Below, piece after piece: positions 37,151 to 43,868 of a DNA stretch of 64,000 nucleotides (its first letter is position 1; each line of letters opens with the position of its first letter). The position numbers and the translations under genes are program-made. Source of the stretch: Escherichia phage HildyBeyeler; sequence record MZ501074. The stretch is one strand, 5' to 3'. A model generated the notes under the pieces. The model did not search any database. It was not told the origin of the DNA and saw nothing but the letters and a program-made list of their open reading frames with translations.

Positions 37151-38098
37151 ATGTTTAATACTAAAAATATGAAAGAACTGACTTCTGAGCAAAAAGTAAT
37201 TCGCACTATTAAACGTTGGGGTATTGGTTCTGTAGTTGGTTTAGCAGGTTTAATCCTAGCTTTTAATTCATATACTATTGTTTCTGATGGTACAGTTAAA
37301 ACCCAAACATTTCTGGGTAAAGTAGATCCTAACCCAGTATTACCTGGTTTCCATCTTGTAAACCCATTTGCATCTTTCGATACTTTTAGTACAAAAGATA
37401 TTGCTGTAAAATTAGATAAACTTCAGGTTCCTAGCCAGGATAAGTTTAAATCCACTGTTGACCTGACTGTTATGTTGCAGTTTGATGGTTCTAAGGCACC
37501 GATCAACCGTATTAATGCAGGTACTCAGGATCAGGCGTTAGACAAATATGTTACTGAAAAATTACTGTCTACCATCCGTGAGTTTGGTAAGTCTGTACCT
37601 AAAGCACAAGATTTGTTTGATGCTAAAATTCAAGCACAATTACAAACTGCAATTCAACAGGAAGTTGAAGAGTATGCACGCCCTTATGGTTACACAGTTA
37701 AGCAAGTGTTCCTTCAGGATATTACATTGCCACCGGTAATTATGGAACAGGTACAGAATACCAAAGTTCGTGAAGAACAAGTTAATGCTGCGAAAGCTGA
37801 ATTGGCTCGTGTTGAACAAGAAGCACAGCAGAAGGTTAAACAAGCAGAAGCAGATCGTGAAGCTCGTAACAACCAAGCTATTGCAAACGAACGTGATGCA
37901 GATGCTAAACTGTATGCAGCTAAGAAAGAAGCCGAAGCTAACGCCGCTCTGCAACGTACTATTACTCCTGAGATGATTCGCTGGAAACAACTAGAAGTTG
38001 AAATGACTCGTGCTCAGAAGTATCAAGGTGGTGTGCCTCAGACTGTAGTAGGTACTGGTTACGATGGTCAAATGATCATGGATATGCGTAACAAGTAA
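37151..38098 (+). CDS. SPFH/band-7 (stomatin/prohibitin-like) membrane protein (315 aa)
   Basis: N-terminal TM helix, SPFH core, long Ala/Glu-rich coiled coil; terminator follows. Confidence 0.65.
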   Translation: MFNTKNMKELTSEQKVIRTIKRWGIGSVVGLAGLILAFNSYTIVSDGTVKTQTFLGKVDPNPVLPGFHLVNPFASFDTFSTKDIAVKLDKLQVPSQDKFKSTVDLTVMLQFDGSKAPINRINAGTQDQALDKYVTEKLLSTIREFGKSVPKAQDLFDAKIQAQLQTAIQQEVEEYARPYGYTVKQVFLQDITLPPVIMEQVQNTKVREEQVNAAKAELARVEQEAQQKVKQAEADREARNNQAIANERDADAKLYAAKKEAEANAALQRTITPEMIRWKQLEVEMTRAQKYQGGVPQTVVGTGYDGQMIMDMRNK

Positions 38099-38121
38099 TA
38101 GTTACACGTAATCTTCGAAGT

Positions 38122-38161
38122 AAGCCCTGTGTTCCCTGGAGAGCGCAGGGCTTTTCTGTTT
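38122..38161 (+). terminator. intrinsic terminator after the SPFH gene
   Basis: AGCCCTG...CAGGGCT stem followed by TTTCTGTTTT. Confidence 0.6.
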
Positions 38162-38324
38162 TAAGGTAGAGGATAAGTGTGTCTCTTTGGTCACTCAGCT
38201 ATGACAAATACTTTACACTATATCACATTGAAAATCAAGTGGGGATAACAATTTTGGGGTCTATCCACTTACCTGCTACCCTTAAGCATCCTGTTATTTT
38301 CCTCTAAAAAGTTAAAAAATTCAA

Positions 38325-38353
38325 TTGCTTGAATGCTAAATTCTCTGTATAAT
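38325..38353 (+). promoter_or_regulatory. sigma70 promoter (TTGCTT, 17 bp, TATAAT)
   Basis: Consensus hexamers plus ACTTATAAATTTGAGAGAGAGG box. Confidence 0.7.
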
Positions 38354-38385
38354 ATACTTATAAATTTGAGAGAGAGGAATCTAGT

Positions 38386-38904
38386 ATGACTGTTGATGAA
38401 CTAACAGAACATCTCTTATCTAGAGGGTTTGATACAGATAAGTATCATTGCTGGTTAAGTCCGGAAGGATGGCTAACAGTCCCGTTGTATGACTTCTCTG
38501 GGATGTTGAGAGGCTATCAGACTTATAATCCTTCTGCTCCAAAAGGTCATGGTAAGTGCCCCTTTGAAGCTAAATATTTTACTTATTCAACTACACAGTG
38601 TGTATGGGGATTAGAAACTCTCAATGGAGATGAAAAAGTAGTATTGATTGCTGAATCTGTATTTAAGGCAGTTGCGTTACATAACGCTGGTTATCCAGCC
38701 CTGGCAATGTTGGGTTCTTCCCCCGGAAAAGCATTGTTAAAGCAATTGAAATTATTACCTTTTAAATTGGTAGCTGTCGGAGATAATGATCCTGCGGGTG
38801 AAAAATTTGCTAGAAAATTAAACGGCTTTGTTTCTCCTGTAGATGTAGATGAGATGTCTACCGAAAACTTGAAAAATTTTCTTGCTATGAAGCTAAATTT
38901 CTAA
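38386..38904 (+). CDS. hypothetical protein, possible Toprim-like domain (172 aa)
   Basis: VVLIAESVFKAVAL...LVAVGDNDPAGEKFARKL; 3' end overlaps promoter 38882-38910. Confidence 0.4.
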   Translation: MTVDELTEHLLSRGFDTDKYHCWLSPEGWLTVPLYDFSGMLRGYQTYNPSAPKGHGKCPFEAKYFTYSTTQCVWGLETLNGDEKVVLIAESVFKAVALHNAGYPALAMLGSSPGKALLKQLKLLPFKLVAVGDNDPAGEKFARKLNGFVSPVDVDEMSTENLKNFLAMKLNF

Positions 38905-38910
38905 TATAAT
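38882..38910 (+). promoter_or_regulatory. sigma70 promoter (TTGCTA, 17 bp, TATAAT) overlapping the 3' end of CDS 38386-38904
   Basis: Consensus hexamers directly upstream of tRNA-Ser. Confidence 0.6.
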
Positions 38911-38924
38911 ATATTTATAAATTC

Positions 38925-39013
38925 GGAAGAATAGCATAACGGTATTGCAGCAGATTGCTAATCTGTCGGTTTGAAATATAGCCTTGTGGGTTCGATTCCC
39001 ACTTCTTCCGCCA
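38925..39013 (+). tRNA. tRNA-Ser (anticodon GCU), long variable arm, CCA encoded
   Basis: Acceptor GGAAGAA/TTCTTCC, anticodon loop UU-GCU-AA, long extra arm, T-arm GTGGG-TTCGATT-CCCAC. Confidence 0.75.
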
Positions 39014-39019
39014 AATTCT

Positions 39020-39097
39020 GGTTCTCAAGCTCATATGGTATGAGCACCCAGCTCATAACTGGAAGGTACGTAGGTTCGAATCCTCGGGGAGCCACCA
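39020..39097 (+). tRNA. tRNA-Met or Ile2 (anticodon CAU), CCA encoded
   Basis: Acceptor GGTTCTC/GGGAGCC with G-U pairs, D-stem GCTC/GAGC, anticodon loop CU-CAU-AA, TTCGAAT T-loop; T-stem imperfect. Confidence 0.6.
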
Positions 39098-39116
39098 AAT
39101 TAAATAAGGACAACTA

Positions 39117-39305
39117 ATGGAATTATTCATAGTTTCTGTTAAATTTGCACAAGATAGAGAACGTTCGGATGAGTTTAAACAAGGGTACAGACTAGTAAAG
39201 GCTACATCTGAACTCCATGCTATGGACAAAGTAGTAGACTATATGTATAATGTAGAAGATGTTTACTACGTCAATGCTTTAGAAGCCTCAAAAGTAATTG
39301 ACTAA
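39117..39305 (+). CDS. hypothetical protein (62 aa)
   Basis: AAGGA RBS. Confidence 0.45.
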   Translation: MELFIVSVKFAQDRERSDEFKQGYRLVKATSELHAMDKVVDYMYNVEDVYYVNALEASKVID

Positions 39306-39314
39306 GGAGACTAT

Positions 39315-39500
39315 ATGTCTAAGTTTCAAGAACTCAAGCAAGAGCTAGAAGAATGTGCCTGCCCTGAGTGTAGAGGAATTGGTGAAAGTTCTGATGCAGA
39401 AGCAGTGGATACTTTTTGCAATATCTGGGTTTGCCCAAATTGCAAGGGTACAGGTATTAATCCTAACTGTGGTATTTCTCTAGATATTGAAAGAGGATAA
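39315..39500 (+). CDS. small zinc-ribbon protein (61 aa)
   Basis: Two CxxC pairs (CACPEC, CPNCKG); AAGGAG RBS. Confidence 0.5.
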   Translation: MSKFQELKQELEECACPECRGIGESSDAEAVDTFCNIWVCPNCKGTGINPNCGISLDIERG

Positions 39501-39505
39501 TACCT

Positions 39506-39595
39506 GTGAAACTAAAAGATTATTATATTGGTTGGTTTGTGGGACTAGTAGTAGGATTTTCACTAGGCTATAATATGTATCAACTAATAAACTGA
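39506..39595 (+). CDS. small hydrophobic peptide (29 aa), GTG start
   Basis: AGAGGA RBS 7 nt before the GTG; predicted single TM helix; ends 7 nt before a tRNA. Confidence 0.35.
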   Translation: MKLKDYYIGWFVGLVVGFSLGYNMYQLIN

Positions 39596-39601
39596 TTACA
39601 T

Positions 39602-39678
39602 GGGGGTGTAATCGAATTGGCATAGGTACTGTACTTAAAATTCAGGTTTTGTGGGTTCGAATCCCACCACCCCTACCA
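39602..39678 (+). tRNA. tRNA with anticodon UAA (Leu-type) but short variable arm, CCA encoded
   Basis: Acceptor GGGGGTG/CACCCCT, anticodon arm CTGTA-CUUAAAA-TTCAG, T-arm GTGGG-TTCGAAT-CCCAC, A73. Confidence 0.55.
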
Positions 39679-39693
39679 AATTAAGGAAATAAG

Positions 39694-39861
39694 ATGTATA
39701 GACATCCACCTCCGCCAACACGTCGTTCTAGAGAAGTTATTCTCATGGAATTGACGAAAAACTTCAAGGCAACCCTTGAGGATAGAGACTTAGGTACAGA
39801 TGAAGACGTTGATTTTATCTGTAAACTATTAAAAATGAAACTGGAGAAGCAACATGGCTAA
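39694..39861 (+). CDS. hypothetical small protein (55 aa)
   Basis: AAGGAAATAAG RBS; stop overlaps the next start; below the ORF-track cutoff. Confidence 0.45.
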   Translation: MYRHPPPPTRRSREVILMELTKNFKATLEDRDLGTDEDVDFICKLLKMKLEKQHG

Positions 39862-40060
39862 TCCTGAAATTACCATGCAACGACTCATGACTAAAGGTAT
39901 GATATCCGAGGCAGGCATTGAACAAGAAGTAAAAAGTTATTACGAACAGATTAAGGGTATTATAGACTCTGCTAAAAACACAGGAGAAAAAGAACACGGT
40001 GCAGCAATTATGGCTATAACTCTTATTAGTCTAGACTTGGCAGAAGAATCTGGAGTTTAG
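39854..40060 (+). CDS. hypothetical protein (68 aa)
   Basis: ORF track. Confidence 0.45.
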   Translation: MANPEITMQRLMTKGMISEAGIEQEVKSYYEQIKGIIDSAKNTGEKEHGAAIMAITLISLDLAEESGV

Positions 40061-40090
40061 CTCCTCCAAACAGAATTTTTAAAAATGTAC

Positions 40091-40120
40091 TTGCCTTTTG
40101 CTTTAAATTTCTGGTATAAT
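40091..40120 (+). promoter_or_regulatory. sigma70 promoter (TTGCCT, 18 bp, TATAAT)
   Basis: Hexamers plus AGTTATATAAATTGATGAAGGAG box. Confidence 0.6.
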
Positions 40121-40150
40121 AGTTATATAAATTGATGAAGGAGTTAACGA

Positions 40151-40426
40151 ATGCAAAATCGTGTTATAGCAACTGGTATTGAAAGTGCAATCTGTAAATC
40201 CTGGGAAGGCTGGGAAGGTGAGATTGAATGGCTTTATTTCTACGATGTAGAACTTCTGCCGGAAATTAAAGCTAAATGTGTTGAAGCTGGCATGGCTCCA
40301 GATGCAAAAGCTGATATTGATATTTCAATGTCTGAACTTAAAGGTCGTGTAGTTACCGTTAGTAATGAGGGCGAAGAAGTTTTTGAACTTCCGTTCTCCT
40401 TAGCTGTCACTCCTAAGTTCGACTAA
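40151..40426 (+). CDS. hypothetical protein (91 aa)
   Basis: Promoter 40091-40120 and GAAGGAG RBS. Confidence 0.5.
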   Translation: MQNRVIATGIESAICKSWEGWEGEIEWLYFYDVELLPEIKAKCVEAGMAPDAKADIDISMSELKGRVVTVSNEGEEVFELPFSLAVTPKFD

Positions 40427-40434
40427 CTAATACA

Positions 40435-40473
40435 GCACTGAGCAAGTCCTTTAAAATTTGACTTGCTCAGTGC
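40435..40473 (+). repeat. perfect 14-bp inverted repeat (GCACTGAGCAAGTC / GACTTGCTCAGTGC) with an 11-nt spacer
   Basis: Arms at 40435-48 and 40460-73 are exact reverse complements; the 3' arm contains the -35 of promoter 40463-91. Confidence 0.8.
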
Positions 40474-40491
40474 CTTAAAACTTGGTATAAT
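40463..40491 (+). promoter_or_regulatory. sigma70 promoter (TTGCTC, 17 bp, TATAAT); -35 lies in the 3' arm of a 14-bp palindrome
   Basis: Hexamers at 40463-68 and 40486-91. Confidence 0.6.
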
Positions 40492-40625
40492 AGTTATCTA
40501 ATTTGGAAAGTTCTTTTTAAGGTAGTTCTTACTTTAGCAGAGTAAACTTTCGGCAGATGGTGGCAGCCACTTTACCGATATTCCATAGTCAGTGCCGCAA
40601 ACACTGGCTACCTTAAAGAGAATTT

Positions 40626-40713
40626 GGGCGTTTATTCCGTAAGTGGTAGCGGAGGGGATTGTAAATCCCTGGTCATTGCGACTCGAGTGGTTCGACTCCA
40701 TTAACGCCCACCA
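40626..40713 (+). tRNA. tRNA-Tyr (anticodon GUA), long variable arm, CCA encoded
   Basis: Acceptor GGGCGTT/AACGCCC, anticodon arm GGGGA-UUGUAAA-TCCCT, extra arm, TTCGACT T-loop. Confidence 0.65.
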
Positions 40714-40721
40714 AATTTAAT

Positions 40722-40796
40722 GCACCTATCGTCTAATGGCTAGGACATCAGGATTTCAATCTGAGAATCGGAGTTCAATTCTCCGTGGGTGTACCA
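40722..40796 (+). tRNA. tRNA-Glu (anticodon UUC), CCA encoded
   Basis: Acceptor GCACCTA/TGGGTGT, anticodon arm TCAGG-AUUUCAA-TCTGA, T-arm CGGAG-TTCAATT-CTCCG. Confidence 0.7.
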
Positions 40797-40804
40797 ATTT
40801 CTGC

Positions 40805-40881
40805 ATTCCTAGAGTGTTACTGGACAGCATGTCGGTCTCCAAAACCGTACGGTCTAGGTTCGAGTCCTAGTAGGTTTGCCA
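40805..40881 (+). tRNA. probable tRNA-Trp (anticodon CCA), CCA encoded; 5' boundary uncertain
   Basis: Anticodon arm TCGGT-CUCCAAA-ACCGT, T-arm CTAGG-TTCGAGT-CCTAG, 3' G-CCA; acceptor has U-U mismatches. Confidence 0.5.
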
Positions 40882-40887
40882 AAATTT

Positions 40888-40962
40888 GCACCTTTAGCTG
40901 AGATGGATTAGCGCTTGCCTGAAGAGCTTGAGAGGTTGGATCGTTACCAACGGGGTGCACCA
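40888..40962 (+). tRNA. possible tRNA-Phe (anticodon GAA), CCA encoded; non-canonical T-loop
   Basis: Acceptor GCACCTT/GGGGTGC and D-stem GCTG/TAGC are clean; anticodon stem has two U-U mismatches; T-loop AUCGUUA. Confidence 0.4.
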
Positions 40963-40978
40963 AATTGAAGGAGCTGCT

Positions 40979-41252
40979 GATGCATCCTGAAAACTTCTTT
41001 ATTTACTGCGCGGATAAGTCGCTGAAACGTAGAATTAACAAAGTCTATCATTATCGTGCTAGTCAACAGCCTTATGTATACGCTTTTGACGGTGATCACA
41101 TTCCACTAGAACAATTATCTTGTGATTACATGATATTGAAGAACTTTGACGAGACGAAGATCTCAAGCGTTTATAATCGACAGAATCCATTAACGTGGAA
41201 ATATAAGAAGAAAAAGAAAGGCATCAAATTCTTAAAAAATATAGTTGCTTAG
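40979..41252 (+). CDS. hypothetical protein (~90 aa)
   Basis: GAAGGAG RBS 5 nt before the ATG at 40979; the track ORF starts at an upstream TTG. Confidence 0.45.
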
Positions 41253-41273
41253 TTTCCAAAAGTTCTGTATAAT
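41245..41273 (+). promoter_or_regulatory. sigma70 promoter (TTGCTT, 17 bp, TATAAT)
   Basis: Hexamers plus AATTACATAAATTGAACTGGAG box; precedes tRNA-Cys. Confidence 0.65.
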
Positions 41274-41321
41274 AATTACATAAATTGAACTGGAGAAGCA
41301 ACATGATAGAACAAGATAAAT

Positions 41322-41397
41322 CGACCGTTGGCTGAATGGCTTAGGCGAAGGATTGCAAATCCTTTTTATGTGAGTTCAAATCTCATGCGGTCGTCCA
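41322..41397 (+). tRNA. tRNA-Cys (anticodon GCA), CCA encoded
   Basis: Acceptor CGACCGT/GCGGTCG, anticodon arm AAGGA-UUGCAAA-TCCTT, T-loop TTCAAAT. Confidence 0.75.
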
Positions 41398-41399
41398 AT

Positions 41400-41540
41400 T
41401 TGCTGAAAGAATTGTTAAATCAATTCAGGCACGCGTAGGAACACTGTCTCCGTAATTGAAAGATGAGGCACGGTTTGGAGAGGTATGCCGCTACACGCTA
41501 CGGTGCTAACTCCGTCTAGGTGAAAATCCTAGTCAGCAAT
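41400..41540 (+). ncRNA. candidate structured RNA (141 nt) with tRNA-like termini
   Basis: TTGCTGA at 41400-06 pairs perfectly with TCAGCAA at 41533-39; CTAGG-TGAAAAT-CCTAG hairpin sits just before the 3' strand; D-arm-like GAAT/ATTC near the 5' end; no ORF. Confidence 0.35.
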
Positions 41541-41549
41541 GTAAATTTA

Positions 41550-41635
41550 GGGTCGTTGGCTGAACGGTTTAAGCGCCGGACTGTTAATCCGTATCCGCAA
41601 GGATAAAGTAGGTTCAACTCCTACACGGCCCGCCA
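41550..41635 (+). tRNA. tRNA with anticodon GUU (Asn-type) but a long variable arm, CCA encoded
   Basis: Acceptor GGGTCGT/ACGGCCC, 3-bp D-stem, anticodon loop CU-GUU-AA, 15-nt extra arm with GCAA loop, T-arm GTAGG-TTCAACT-CCTAC, G73. Confidence 0.55.
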
Positions 41636-41737
41636 AATTCTGTGTAGAGTTAAGTAAACCGGTAGCCAACCAGCTATCATTGCTGACATCGAATTCAGCC
41701 ACAGATACCATTTTCATTAATAACTAAGGAAACAAGC

Positions 41738-41923
41738 ATGTCCAAGAATGTGATTGCGCAGCTAGAAGTTCATCGTGATAGCACTATCAACAATATTAAG
41801 TGCCGACAAAAAGATATTGAAGCTCAAAAGGCTGATCTTTTAATGAGTATTCGAGAGCTTAATGTACGAAAAGAGTTTCTTAAAGAACTTAATGCAGCTA
41901 TTGAAAAACTCAAAGCTGAGTAA
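41738..41923 (+). CDS. hypothetical coiled-coil protein (61 aa)
   Basis: AAGGAAACAAG RBS. Confidence 0.45.
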   Translation: MSKNVIAQLEVHRDSTINNIKCRQKDIEAQKADLLMSIRELNVRKEFLKELNAAIEKLKAE

Positions 41924-41932
41924 ATGAATTAT

Positions 41933-42009
41933 GCGACCGGGGCTGGCTTGGTAATGGTACTCCCCTGTCACGGGAGGGAATGTGGGTTCAAATCCCATCG
42001 GTCGCGCCA
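41933..42009 (+). tRNA. tRNA-Asp (anticodon GUC), CCA encoded
   Basis: Acceptor GCGACCG/CGGTCGC, anticodon arm CTCCC-CUGUCAC-GGGAG, T-loop TTCAAAT. Confidence 0.7.
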
Positions 42010-42026
42010 GATAAGGTAGGTTAGCT

Positions 42027-42185
42027 ATGGAACGTAGGGAGTTTACTCCAGAAGAGATAGAGCAGATAAAAGAATCTGCTATGAAAAATGCTAGAATATC
42101 TCTGTCACTGGAAGGTATCATTATTAGTGATGTAAACTTTGAAAAAATCAAAGCCATAGCTGATGAACTGGAAAAAGTAATTTAA
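42027..42185 (+). CDS. hypothetical small protein (52 aa) between tRNA-Asp and tRNA-Lys
   Basis: AAGGTAGG RBS; sequence MERREFTPEEIEQIKESAMKNARISLSLEG...; below the ORF-track cutoff. Confidence 0.4.
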   Translation: MERREFTPEEIEQIKESAMKNARISLSLEGIIISDVNFEKIKAIADELEKVI

Positions 42186-42186
42186 T

Positions 42187-42262
42187 ACATCCATAGCTCA
42201 ATGGTTAGAGCTACCGCCTCTTAAGCGGAGGGTTCTAGGTTCAAGTCCTAGTGGGTGTACCA
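42187..42262 (+). tRNA. tRNA-Lys (anticodon CUU), CCA encoded
   Basis: Acceptor ACATCCA/TGGGTGT, D-stem GCTC/GAGC, anticodon loop CU-CUU-AA, T-arm CTAGG-TTCAAGT-CCTAG. Confidence 0.7.
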
Positions 42263-42292
42263 AACAAACTAAACTAGCACGAGAAATATGCT

Positions 42293-42640
42293 ATGATTAA
42301 TGCTAAAGAAGAATTGTTACTTGCCCTAAAGAATACTAATTCTGAAGTTAAGTGTATTAAGATAGAATTCGGTTATTATGGGGACAAAGAAGTTTTGGTA
42401 TTACCCATAGGTTACACAGAAAAAGATATTGAAGATTTTCTAAATAATCTAGACTTTAAATATGATTCTGGTTTCGGTGGACAATTGCTTTATGGTAACG
42501 TATGGTTTACTGATGGAACTTGGTTAGAACGTGGTGAATATGATGGTTCTGAATGGTGGGAATATAAGACTACACCAGCAATTCCAGAGGAATGCCGAAC
42601 AATTAATGGTGAAGTAGATCGTACTTTACTATTAAATTAA
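42293..42640 (+). CDS. hypothetical protein (115 aa)
   Basis: ORF track. Confidence 0.5.
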   Translation: MINAKEELLLALKNTNSEVKCIKIEFGYYGDKEVLVLPIGYTEKDIEDFLNNLDFKYDSGFGGQLLYGNVWFTDGTWLERGEYDGSEWWEYKTTPAIPEECRTINGEVDRTLLLN

Positions 42641-42762
42641 CAAAATCTCAGTGCAGAACACGGAGCTAGCAATTCGGAAATGCTGACTCATGATAAGCTG
42701 CCTATGTACTTGCGAAGCGGTCGTGTCCAAGACTCGGACTCTTGCACTGAAAACAATCAAAC

Positions 42763-42883
42763 ATTCTAGCGTGGTTGATGGGGAAACCAGCTTGGCTAGG
42801 GCAGAAGCTCGTTCGATTCGAGTGAAAGAATGGTTCTCGTAAGTCCGCACAAGTGATAACAGGTTCGAGTCCTGTCTAGAATG
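42763..42883 (+). ncRNA. candidate structured RNA (121 nt) with tRNA-like termini
   Basis: ATTCTAG at 42763-69 pairs perfectly with CTAGAAT at 42876-82; T-arm-like ACAGG-TTCGAGT-CCTGT before the 3' strand; internal GCTCG-TTCGATT-CGAGT hairpin. Confidence 0.35.
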
Positions 42884-42897
42884 ACACTATAAAGTTT

Positions 42898-43012
42898 ACT
42901 TATTATGTAGGTTCCGATAGACCGGCGGGTCTATTCTGGCATTTAAGAGAGGTCTCGCAAACTTCTTTGTCAGCCGTGGGGTTGATAGCCCCCAGGTGGC
43001 CTACACAATAAG
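42898..43012 (+). repeat. 14-bp inverted repeat (13 of 14 pairs) enclosing about 87 nt of hairpin-rich sequence
   Basis: ACTTATTATGTAGG at 42898-911 pairs with CCTACACAATAAGT at 42999-43012; internal hairpins ATAGACC/GGTCTAT and GGGG/CCCC. Confidence 0.65.
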
Positions 43013-43032
43013 TAAATTTATGAAAAATGTAG

Positions 43033-43061
43033 TTGCTATTTAGCTTAATTCTCTGTATAAT
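43033..43061 (+). promoter_or_regulatory. sigma70 promoter (TTGCTA, 17 bp, TATAAT)
   Basis: Precedes HNH gene 43094-43669. Confidence 0.65.
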
Positions 43062-43093
43062 ATATTCTATAAAGTGAAGAGAAGGAAAGCAAA

Positions 43094-43669
43094 ATGGAAG
43101 GATTTAAACCAATACCCGAGTATCCAGAATACTTAGTATCTGAGAAGGGAGAAATATACTCCACTATCAGTAATAAATATTTAAAACCTACCATAAACGG
43201 GAGCGGCTATTACCACTTTGCAGTACGTGAAGATACTAATGAGTATAGATGGCTTCTGCTGCACAGAGTTATATGCAGGGTTTATGGTAATCTCCCCTCT
43301 TTAGATAGTGAAATGGAAGTAGATCATAATGATTGTAATAGGCTTAATATACTCCCTAGTAATTTAGTTGCCAGAGAGAAGAAAGATCATTACGATAAAA
43401 CTACACTGGAGAGAGGAAAAACTATAGGGGGCACTAGATGTATAGTCTGTAATAAGAGGATACACTCTGGTCGAGAATACTGCATAAATTGCAGTCCAGT
43501 TAAACAGACTAAATCCCCAGAGATTACCGCAGAACAGATAGAATATTGGGTATCAAAGTATTCCTGGACTAGAGCTGCAAAAGAGTTAAATTTATCTGAT
43601 AATGGTCTACGAAAACGGTATACTAAATTAACAGGTAAATCCCCAAAAGAAATTAAAAAATCAGGGTAA
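43094..43669 (+). CDS. HNH homing endonuclease (191 aa)
   Basis: HNH motif EVDHNDCNRLNILPSNL and zinc-ribbon CIVCNKRIHSGREYCINC; last 8 nt overlap the 5' end of tRNA-Pro. Confidence 0.75.
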   Translation: MEGFKPIPEYPEYLVSEKGEIYSTISNKYLKPTINGSGYYHFAVREDTNEYRWLLLHRVICRVYGNLPSLDSEMEVDHNDCNRLNILPSNLVAREKKDHYDKTTLERGKTIGGTRCIVCNKRIHSGREYCINCSPVKQTKSPEITAEQIEYWVSKYSWTRAAKELNLSDNGLRKRYTKLTGKSPKEIKKSG

Positions 43670-43739
43670 GGGCGATAAGGTACGCCACCTCGTTTGGGGC
43701 GAGGAAATCTTTAGAGTTCGAATCTCTATACCCTGACCA
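43662..43739 (+). tRNA. tRNA-Pro (anticodon UGG), CCA encoded
   Basis: Acceptor CAGGGTA/TACCCTG, D-stem GGCG/CGCC, anticodon arm CCTCG-UUUGGGG-CGAGG, T-loop TTCGAAT. Confidence 0.75.
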
Positions 43740-43745
43740 AACAAT

Positions 43746-43821
43746 TGCGGGTGGGAGGCATAGAGTTCTTCTTAGTCTCATAAGCTAAGTAAGTCCAGGG
43801 CAGTACTGGAACCCGCTACCA
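43746..43821 (+). tRNA. tRNA with anticodon CAU (Met/fMet/Ile2-type), non-canonical T-loop, CCA encoded
   Basis: Anticodon arm TTAGT-CUCAUAA-GCTAA, T-arm TCCAG-GGCAGTA-CTGGA, acceptor 6 bp with a U1-U72 mismatch. Confidence 0.45.
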
Positions 43822-43839
43822 ATTTCAAGAAAAACGCAG

Positions 43840-43868
43840 TTGCTTAATGCTTAATTTCTTGTTATAAT
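43840..43868 (+). promoter_or_regulatory. sigma70 promoter (TTGCTT, 17 bp, TATAAT)
   Basis: Hexamers plus ATTTATATAAATTGATG box; followed by about 330 nt with no ORF. Confidence 0.65.

Noticed and set aside
41840-42157. Minus-strand 105-aa ORF
   Set aside because: It runs antisense through tRNA-Asp and two plus-strand genes and has no expression signals.
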